Shown in pieces: positions 17,194 to 24,687 of a stretch of DNA of 37,518 bases. The position numbers and the translations under genes were made by a program. Origin of the DNA: an uncultured Gammaproteobacteria bacterium (GTDB lineage: Bacteria > Patescibacteriota > Microgenomatia > UBA8517). The notes beneath the pieces were generated by a model. That model did no database searches, had not been told where the DNA came from, and saw only the letters and a program-made list of their open reading frames with translations. The first letter of the stretch is position 1. The number at the start of each line of letters is the position of its first letter. The DNA lies in assembly GCA_964423565.1 (NCBI GenBank), contig CAYREZ010000001.1, forward strand, positions 976 through 38,493, written 5' to 3'.

Positions 17194-18870
17194 TCAATTT
17201 GCTACGATCTGAAAATACTTATATCCATTTGTTCCATAAATTTCCTCGACAATATTTGACTCCTCCAATATTTCCTTATCAGTTCCTGCAAATAGCGCTC
17301 CCGGATATTTTACCCTATCTTCATCCCAATTAATCTTATTAAATTCAAACTTATCGAAATTTCTTACCGTTGAAAAATTATATGTATCCCGTTGTGTCAG
17401 CTCATGATTACCCTGAAACCTAGCCGGTGGATACTTAAGATAAAACAAAAATAATATATAAGGTTGATCATATCTATTACTAACGACTATTTTATTAAAT
17501 TTATCACCATTTTTCTCAACATAATCAACCAGCTCCTTTATCCCATATTGCGATGAGAAAGGATATTCTTTTGCCATATGAACCCAATACATATGCTCGT
17601 AGCGAGTGAAGTTCCAAATAACAAATAATCCAATAAACAAATAAACAAATGATTTGATGAATTTTGAAAATTGTTTGAACGCGTGTGAAGGAATTGATTA
17701 TATAGCAGATAAACCGGTGGCACTGATTATCGTAAGGGGGACTACCATATTTTGTGCACGGAGTGCATGCGGTGATTGAAAAGTAAGCGCCGCGCCTACG
17801 GGTGCGACAATCAACCACCATAAGATTAGAGTATAGGATTTAAAATACTGGGATAACGATTTAATTACAAAAATGATCCCACAGACAATAAATAGTATAT
17901 CAAATAAGTACATTTGCCCCGTTTCCGGCACTCGATTACGCTCTATGACATCTCCTGATAAAAAAAGAAATTCCCCGTTGTAATGCTTAACCCAGTTATT
18001 GGTAAAAGCCAAGCCATAATTTACCAATTTATTATGTATTGTTTTAGAAAATAAACCCTGAAAATTATTATGCTCACCCCTTTGTTCATTAGTCCTGGCG
18101 AGTGGCCCAGTATCTGCAAATAAGCCAACGCCTGCCATCCTCGATGTAATGTTTCCCTTTGTTAAATCTTTCGCCAACGGCATTAACGTAACCAATCCGA
18201 CTAGTGCCGCTAAAGCAAAATTTAGCAAATGTTTGCGAACATATTTAAAGTAAATAAGAAATAATCCGACTCCAATAAGGGGAGTAATTACGCGTGCAGA
18301 ATGATATGCGTATAAAGACAACGTAAAAACCAAAGAGCTTAAAAAAAGATATACTATATTGTTCAATCCTTTTAGGAAAAACCATAGACCTAATACGATA
18401 AAAAATGTCGCAACATTTACTTCCCATCCTCCACGCGAAAAATGTATATGCCAGGGGCTAATTGCAAGCAGAAAGCTTGCAATATGACCAGTGCCTAATT
18501 TCAAATCTCCAATTGCTAATTTCTTATTATCAAATAATTCGCCTACTAATAAATAAACCAGATAAATGGTTAAGAGCCCGAATAATGTCCCAGGAATTCT
18601 AACCGACCATGCATTTAACCCAATGAATTTTACAAAAGGTAAAACCATATAGAAATACAAACCAGGTTTATAATCGTTGAAAGATTGAAAGTGAATCGGC
18701 CAGGGATTACCATGCTCGTCTTTACCTGTTTCTAATAGTGAATAAGCGTTATAACCAATTGCAGCCTCGTCAGCATTTAAAGCAGGATAACTACCGAGTT
18801 TCCAGAACCTTAAAAATGCCGCCAATAAAATGATCAGTAGTAAAATATATTTATGATATTTATTTCCCAT
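17194..18870 (-). pseudogene. ArnT/PMT_2-like GT-C glycosyltransferase, paralogue A, interrupted by one in-frame TAA
   Basis: Track ORFs 17698..18870 (390 aa) and 17194..17640 (148 aa, TTG pseudo-start) are in the same frame. They are separated only by TAA (17700..17698) and 19 sense codons. The joined 558-codon frame aligns end to end with the intact paralogues (N-terminal DEAAIGYNAY, SPWHIHFSRG, C-terminal QPYILFLFYLKYPP). Confidence 0.65.
18461..18483. other. perfect 9-bp stem / 5-nt loop palindrome inside the paralogue A coding sequence
   Basis: Gene strand: ATTGCAAGC-TTTCT-GCTTGCAAT, encoding I-A-S-F-L-L-A-I. It is positionally homologous to the palindrome at 20189-20211. Confidence 0.8.
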
Positions 18871-20188
18871 GTTACATATAATGATATATCATACAGATGA
18901 CTATTTAATTTCTATAATACGAAAAGCAGTTTCACCATTCAAATATTTAATCTCATTTATTAAAGTGAATAATTTCGTATCGCTCGAATCTTGCGGCGGT
19001 ATTCGTACCGAATCGCCAATTATTAAAGATCCGCTATCACCGCGATTTAAAGACCAGTCTATGGGAACAAATTCAATATTATCAAGTTTATTGACATATC
19101 CAACATCGCCAATTAGACCGCTATCTACTAGCTTTGACTTTTTTTGATAAACGGCTGGCGGATATTTTTGGTAGAAAAGGAAATATATATAAGGTTGAGC
19201 AAATGATTGCTGGACTTTCACTGTAGTATAATTTTTTTGAATAGGAGTGACAATTTCGACCATCTGTTTATACCCATACTCCCAAAGTTTTGAGTTATGT
19301 TTCGAAAGATGAATAAAATAAGAATCGAGGTAATAGACAAGCGAACCAACAAACAAAATAGATATAAAACTAATAAACGAAAATTTCTTTAAGTTATTAC
19401 TTAAATTTTTATTAAACCCAAAAATATCAATAAGCCCAAAAGACGATAAAAATGTAAGGGGAATTACCATATTTAAAGACCTGATTGCATGTACTTGATC
19501 GCGGGATAATACTGCCGGAAGTGGTGCTAAAAGAAGCCATAACAAGATAAAATAAGTAAATTTATTCGACTTGCGGATGATAGAATTAAATCCGATAACA
19601 AGTAAAATTATATCTGATAGAAGTAGCATGCCATGATTAGGAGCAGAATGTCTTGGATTCTGCCAATCTCCTTCAAAGAACAAAAACCTACCCGAGAAGT
19701 GATTAAACCACCGACTCATTATTCCCCTTTTATAATTTAGGGGCTCGCTATGGAAAAGATAGTAATTTAAGCTACCAACTTTCTCATTCCCCTGATCTAA
19801 AAATGTCTGTAGGTATTCTTTAGTCCTAGGGTAGGAAAAAACATTGAAGACATTTAATCTTCCCGTTTGTCCAAAGTGAAAACTTATCAAAACTGGCAAA
19901 ACAATAATTAAACCTACTATCGTGGACTGTATCACAGTAACAAGGTTATTAGTAATAATTACTTTTGTTTCTCGCCAATAACCAACAATAAGGACAAAAA
20001 TAACAATTAATGTTGATAATTTAGCACCTTGGTAAGTAAGCACCGTCAGCGAAAAAAATACTGATGCAAGTATAAGGAATTTACTTTTATCCAACGCTTT
20101 GAGAAAAAAGTAAATTCCGAATAAAGTCAGAGTTAAAGCTAAATTAGCTTCCCAAGCTCCCCGGGAAAAATGGATATGCCCGGGATTA

Positions 20189-20211
20189 ATCGCGAGTAAT
20201 GAACTCGCGAT
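20189..20211. other. perfect 9-bp stem / 5-nt loop palindrome inside the paralogue B coding sequence
   Basis: Gene strand: ATCGCGAGT-TCATT-ACTCGCGAT, encoding I-A-S-S-L-L-A-I. It is unusually GC-rich for this sequence and directly abuts the repeat element at 20212-20276. Confidence 0.8.
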
Positions 20212-20276
20212 AATTTCCAATTTCAAACAGTCAGGCAAACCGACCCGAGCGAAGTCGAGGGATTTCCAATTTCCAA
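20212..20276 (-). repeat. Mini-element copy 2 (inverted relative to copy 1): direct repeat, 35-nt core, direct repeat
   Basis: Minus strand: TTGGAAATTGGAAAT, then CCCTCGACTTCGCTCGGGTCGGTTTGCCTGACTGT, then TTGAAATTGGAAATT. The core spans 20227-20261. It is 35 nt long, not a multiple of 3. Confidence 0.75.
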
Positions 20277-20632
20277 TATATTTTTTAATCTTATTTTTTT
20301 AACTATCAGATACATTAACCAGACAGCAATTACTCCCGCTATCGCACTAGGAAGTCTTACCGCAAATTCGGTTAATCCGAAGATTGCGATAAAAGGCACG
20401 GTGGTGTAAATATAAAAACCGGGTTTGTAATCCCCGAATGACTTAAAAATAACAGGTAGTAATTTACCGTACTCATCTCTTCCGGTTTTCAAAATAGAAT
20501 AGGCATTATATCCCAATGCCGCCTCATCCGGTGTTAAACTGGGCGGTAAACTCCCCAACTGCCATATTCTCAAAATTGCAGCTAATATAAGAATAGGAAA
20601 TATAGAATTATGAAATAAGAATTTTTTTATGT

Positions 20633-21277
20633 TCATACTTTAAACATAAACTTTTTTACAAATTTATTTACAGTCCCATGTTCGTCTCCAGTAACCACTG
20701 CGATTCCGCTTATTATCCCCTTGGCTATTGAAATTCCTTTTTGGTTATATTCCTTCTGAATTTTTTCTGCAGTTTTTTCATCCTTGAATCTAAGGAAGGT
20801 AAGATGTGGATGGTATTCAGTCATCACCTGAGGATAACCAAATGCTTTAATATATTCTCGTTGTCTGCCTGGGAATCTATTGGAATCTTTTAGTTCTATC
20901 CTATGTTTTTCACTGATATGACCTTCTCTTAAAGGATTAATAATTTTTAATACCTTTTTATGAATTGAATATAGCTGACTACCCTTCTTAAAATCTAATC
21001 CTACCCATCCCCGTTCTGAATAAAGTTTATTAAATTGTAATTCGAAAGGCGTTGTATTTTTTACAATACTTCTTAATAAACTGAAAAATTTCCTTTTATT
21101 TTTAGTAGGAAATTCGACTTTATAAATCGTGATATGAGCGAAATTTATTTTATTATCTATCTTAAAATAAATATCGCCTTTTGTAGAAACTTCATTTGCG
21201 AGCTGTTTAGCTAATTCAGATACCGATTTATTTGGTAATAAAATTATTCTGTAGGTAACAAACTTATCTTTTTTCAT
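20633..21277 (-). CDS. 2H-phosphoesterase superfamily protein (LigT / 2'-5' RNA ligase-like, cyclic phosphodiesterase-like)
   Basis: Two H-x-[TS]-x motifs are present: FAHITIYK and HPHLTFLRF. The ATG at 21277 (MKKDKFVTYRIILL...) is preferred over 21322. Overlaps with both flanking GT-C genes suggest translational coupling. Confidence 0.55.
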   Translation of the reverse strand: MKKDKFVTYRIILLPNKSVSELAKQLANEVSTKGDIYFKIDNKINFAHITIYKVEFPTKNKRKFFSLLRSIVKNTTPFELQFNKLYSERGWVGLDFKKGSQLYSIHKKVLKIINPLREGHISEKHRIELKDSNRFPGRQREYIKAFGYPQVMTEYHPHLTFLRFKDEKTAEKIQKEYNQKGISIAKGIISGIAVVTGDEHGTVNKFVKKFMFKV

Positions 21278-23003
21278 ATATTTCAAAGGCTGGTTTACCG
21301 TCCAGAAATTCAACATCTTCAAGTTTAGACCAACCGTTGGGCATATTTCCTGGGCTTGTTATTAATAAACACCTATTTTCACCAGCCAAACATTTAAACC
21401 TACTACCGTTCTCTAAAACAAAATCCTGCCATTCTTCTTCTGGGATATTCCAATCGTTAATAAAGTAAAATTTATCAAATCTATCTACCCAATACCAGTT
21501 TGATTGATTAAACCGAATTAGCGATGCATCTTTTTGGTATCTTGAAGGATTCCAAGGATAATTGACTAAAACGAAGATATGCGGTTCGCCGTACTTTTTT
21601 GTAAATATAATTCTGTCATAATCTTCATAATGCAGTTTCGCATAATCAACCGCCTGCTTATAGCCATACTGCCAACTCCATGAATAGTTTTTTCTATAGC
21701 TATTAAAATATTTTTTCCAATAATTTACCAAAGAAAAAGTTAAAACAGTTACATATATCAGTAAAAGAGCTAAAATCATAAACTTTCTTCTTCCGAGTTG
21801 TAACACTCGACTCAAACCCATTGCACTAATAACCATAGGCATGGGCAAAATAATTGATGCGCGAAGTACGTGTGGTGCTTCCCTAGTAAGAGAAGAGGGA
21901 ATAGTTGATAAAAAAAACCAAGATAAAATGAATACAGTTAGCCTATCTCTTCTTTTCAAGAGTGTGATAAAACCTAAAACCAAAAATGTCGCGTTAATTG
22001 TATATAGAACTCCAGCCCCCGGAACACTGAATTGATAATTTGATCCTCCTTCAAAAAATAAAAATTTAAAATTATAATGATCTAACCAATTACTGCCTAA
22101 GTGTCTTATAAAATAAGTGGGTCTGCTATAAACTAGCCTAGTTATTATATTAGGTAGCTGTGAATTTTGTCTGGATTCAATAATTTGTCCTACCGCCCCA
22201 CTATCAATTAGAGCAATCTTGGAGTATCTTGCTTGTCCAATAGGCTTAATTAGTTGATAAAACATCGGTATAAAAAATAGAAGAATAACGAACAAAGAAT
22301 AATAAAGTATGTGTTTTTGACTCCTATAAATTACTAGTATTTCTTTTCTATATAAAATTATTAGTACTACCATAAACAAAGGTATGAATATTCTCGCAGA
22401 ATTATAAGTCCAGACTGACAAACCTAATAATGTGGTGGATAGTAGCAAGTAACCAGCAACTTTTGGCTGCAAATGATTCGGAAAGTTAATAGATTGATTA
22501 ACAACTTTTAGAAAAAAATAAATTCCAGAAATAATGAATAATACGGCAAGATTTGCCTCGAATGCCGCACGGGATAAAAATAAACTCCAGGGCTCAACTG
22601 CGACAAGAAGTGCAGCCATTGTTGCAAGTAATTTTGGATCAGTTATTATTGGTTTGTTTTTACTACTGGGAAATAACTCAAGAACTAAAAGGTATGTAAA
22701 ATATCCTGATCCCACCCCTGCGAGTACGGAAGGTAGACGGACAGAAAATGTGTTTAATCCAAAAATTGCAATAGATACGACAGTAGTATAAATATAGACT
22801 GGCAATTTATAGTCACCAAAGGCTCTGAAAATACTCGGAAAAAGCCGATTCCATTCATCTCTGCCAGTTTTTAAAATTGAATACGCATTATAGCCGATAC
22901 TTGATTCGTCCCAGTTCAAAGACGGAGGATTACTGTCTACATAAATAATTCTTAAATATAATGCGATAGCTAGTATTAAAAATAGTACAATTTTATTTTT
23001 CAT
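21264..23003 (-). CDS. ArnT/PMT_2-like GT-C glycosyltransferase, paralogue C (intact)
   Basis: 579-aa polytopic protein. Contains N-terminal WDESSIGYNAYSILKTGRDEW, then EPWSLFLSRAAFEAN, and a C-terminal soluble domain (YGEPHIFVLVNYPWNP). Confidence 0.85.
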   Translation of the reverse strand: MKNKIVLFLILAIALYLRIIYVDSNPPSLNWDESSIGYNAYSILKTGRDEWNRLFPSIFRAFGDYKLPVYIYTTVVSIAIFGLNTFSVRLPSVLAGVGSGYFTYLLVLELFPSSKNKPIITDPKLLATMAALLVAVEPWSLFLSRAAFEANLAVLFIISGIYFFLKVVNQSINFPNHLQPKVAGYLLLSTTLLGLSVWTYNSARIFIPLFMVVLIILYRKEILVIYRSQKHILYYSLFVILLFFIPMFYQLIKPIGQARYSKIALIDSGAVGQIIESRQNSQLPNIITRLVYSRPTYFIRHLGSNWLDHYNFKFLFFEGGSNYQFSVPGAGVLYTINATFLVLGFITLLKRRDRLTVFILSWFFLSTIPSSLTREAPHVLRASIILPMPMVISAMGLSRVLQLGRRKFMILALLLIYVTVLTFSLVNYWKKYFNSYRKNYSWSWQYGYKQAVDYAKLHYEDYDRIIFTKKYGEPHIFVLVNYPWNPSRYQKDASLIRFNQSNWYWVDRFDKFYFINDWNIPEEEWQDFVLENGSRFKCLAGENRCLLITSPGNMPNGWSKLEDVEFLDGKPAFEIYEKR

Positions 23004-24687
23004 TATTATTTCCTGACCTTTTCGAAAAAGTAATTAAGTATATTATTACTAAAATTCCACAAAGGCTTATTAAATCAACCACCTTTCTGAAATTTGTTTC
23101 TGACCATAACGCCATAACCTCTTTTTCTCCTTTTAAAATTCGAAAACTAATATTTCCATATGGTTTATCGATACCGATATCTTTTTCTTGGCCATCAACG
23201 AATATTTTCCAACCTGGATAATAATAATTATTAAAAGAAATAGATCCTTCTTCTTCGCCGCTTATTTTCATTAGGTATTTTACCGAATTCAATTCCTTAA
23301 TTTCATTAATCGTTACGGTATTTGATGTGAATTTCTCATCCGGTAAGAAATTGGCTCGCCTATCGACCCACATCGGCAGAAGCAAATAGTCCTCAGAATA
23401 ATTCAGATATTCACTCGACAGAATCTCCGATTTACCAGAAACAGAAATATTTGGAAAGAATCTTTTTAGGTAATAATCGTCAGTGGGGTTAAAATATTCA
23501 CTTGGTTTAAAATAAAAAAATGATTGGCTAATAGAAAACATACCCAAAATAACTAAAAAGGTTTTAACTATCTTTGTTTTCGCATTAATAAACATCAGAA
23601 GTGATGAGCTTAGGAAAGTGGTAAAAAGCAGTAGTCTCCATGGAAACTGAATATAATCTACAAGTGGTAGAATATTCCAAACAAATGAAGATCTAATGTT
23701 CATTAGAAACATAAATCCCGCGAGTGAAAATAAAATAAATATTTTAAGAAATCTATTTTTCTTAGACATCAGTAGCGTTAGCGTTGTTACCGAAATAAGT
23801 ATCAAATTTACAATCCCAATCTGAAACGACAAATCATCATATATACCCGGATGGGAAGCCCCGTATCCCCAAGAAGGGAAAATCAGCTGTTTAATAAACG
23901 GGAAATGGTCTCTGTAGTTAAAGGGGGTTTGAGAAACTAAATTACTTTTTTCAATAAAAGCCGGTAACCAAAAATACGAACTTGCAGAAAGTGCTAATAA
24001 GACCGAGACAAAAAGTTTATAAATATTTGTAAAACTGAGGCTAAATCTGCATAATAATAGTGCAAAAAGGATTATCCAAGGAATAAAAAATATCGGTGCC
24101 AGGTTGTGACTCAATATCAATAAAGAAATTGCCAAAGACAAATAGCCTACATATTTAACTTTTCCTGTCTTAAGTAGTAGATAAGTAAAATAAGCAATTG
24201 CGGGAAAATATATAAAAGCAAAGAGTTCACCTAGCGCACCTCTAACATATAAATCTACTGCCCTGTAAGGTGTGTATATAAAAATCAAAGCTCCGACTAA
24301 ACTTTCAAATCTGCCGGTAAATAACCTCAACCATTTAAACATAAATAATGCTGAAAGTAAGACCGATAGCAAAAATAAAAGCTTTATTGAAAGGATAAGC
24401 GAACCAAACAATTTGAAAAATAAATATCCAATATAGTAAGGAAGCGGATAATAAAAATTAAAAAGTGGATATCCGAAACCAAAGCTCATATCCGGTGCCC
24501 ATCTTGGAGGAAATTGACCTGAATCAATTGCACGAATCATCTCAAAGAGATTTGCTATGTGAGGTTCGTCAGAAAAATGATAAAAATCACCCCTGATAAG
24601 CGGGTAAATTGCAGGTAATGAAATTACGATAAATACAATAACCCAAAATATTTTATAAGCTGATATCTTTTTTATTAAGTTTTTCAT
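22993..24687 (-). CDS. large polytopic membrane protein, GT-C-like (PTPS-related / YfhO-like class), tandem paralogue 1
   Basis: 564 aa. The N-terminal loop is HFSDEPHIANLFEMIRAIDSGQFPPRWAPDMSFGFGYPLFNFYYPLPYYIGY, followed by 10 or more helices and a C-terminal beta-rich domain with a final TM segment. It resembles the membrane '6-pyruvoyl-tetrahydropterin-synthase-related' family. Family assignment is from memory only. Confidence 0.55.
   Translation of the reverse strand: MKNLIKKISAYKIFWVIVFIVISLPAIYPLIRGDFYHFSDEPHIANLFEMIRAIDSGQFPPRWAPDMSFGFGYPLFNFYYPLPYYIGYLFFKLFGSLILSIKLLFLLSVLLSALFMFKWLRLFTGRFESLVGALIFIYTPYRAVDLYVRGALGELFAFIYFPAIAYFTYLLLKTGKVKYVGYLSLAISLLILSHNLAPIFFIPWIILFALLLCRFSLSFTNIYKLFVSVLLALSASSYFWLPAFIEKSNLVSQTPFNYRDHFPFIKQLIFPSWGYGASHPGIYDDLSFQIGIVNLILISVTTLTLLMSKKNRFLKIFILFSLAGFMFLMNIRSSFVWNILPLVDYIQFPWRLLLFTTFLSSSLLMFINAKTKIVKTFLVILGMFSISQSFFYFKPSEYFNPTDDYYLKRFFPNISVSGKSEILSSEYLNYSEDYLLLPMWVDRRANFLPDEKFTSNTVTINEIKELNSVKYLMKISGEEEGSISFNNYYYPGWKIFVDGQEKDIGIDKPYGNISFRILKGEKEVMALWSETNFRKVVDLISLCGILVIIYLITFSKRSGNNNEK

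Larger units (their letters stand above)
18901..20636 (-). pseudogene. ArnT/PMT_2-like GT-C glycosyltransferase, paralogue B, split by a frameshift at a 35-nt insertion
   Basis: Track ORFs 20223..20636 (137 aa, DEAALGYNAY motif) and 18901..20238 (445 aa, starting ...LKLEIIASSLLAINPGHIHFSRG) overlap by 16 nt in a -1 frame relationship. Together they align along the full length of paralogues A, C and D. The break coincides with the core of the repeat at 20212-20276. Confidence 0.65.

Noticed and set aside
17698-17700. The in-frame TAA in paralogue A as evidence of stop-codon reassignment or an alternative genetic code.
   Set aside because: TAA cleanly terminates several well-delimited neighbouring genes, for example at 712-714, 7515-7517 and 32959-32961. 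TGA and TAG also act as stops (1722-1724, 3441-3443). All other ORFs have full family-typical lengths under the standard code.
17525-17821. Minus-strand alternative-frame ORFs 17525..17821, 17538..17723 and 18245..18427 near the break in paralogue A.
   Set aside because: They are out of frame with the ArnT-like frame, and that frame alone aligns with the paralogues across the whole region. The break is explained by a single in-frame TAA, so no frameshift products need to be invoked.
3793-20276. The two element copies are inverted repeats 16.4 kb apart. They could therefore mediate a DNA inversion switch, and the Y1 transposase lies inside the segment.
   Set aside because: Both host genes are on the same strand. 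An inversion would join their parts head to head and destroy both genes. No invertase or serine or tyrosine recombinase is present. The Y1 enzyme's own repeats are unrelated in sequence. I keep this only as a formal possibility, testable with discordant read pairs.
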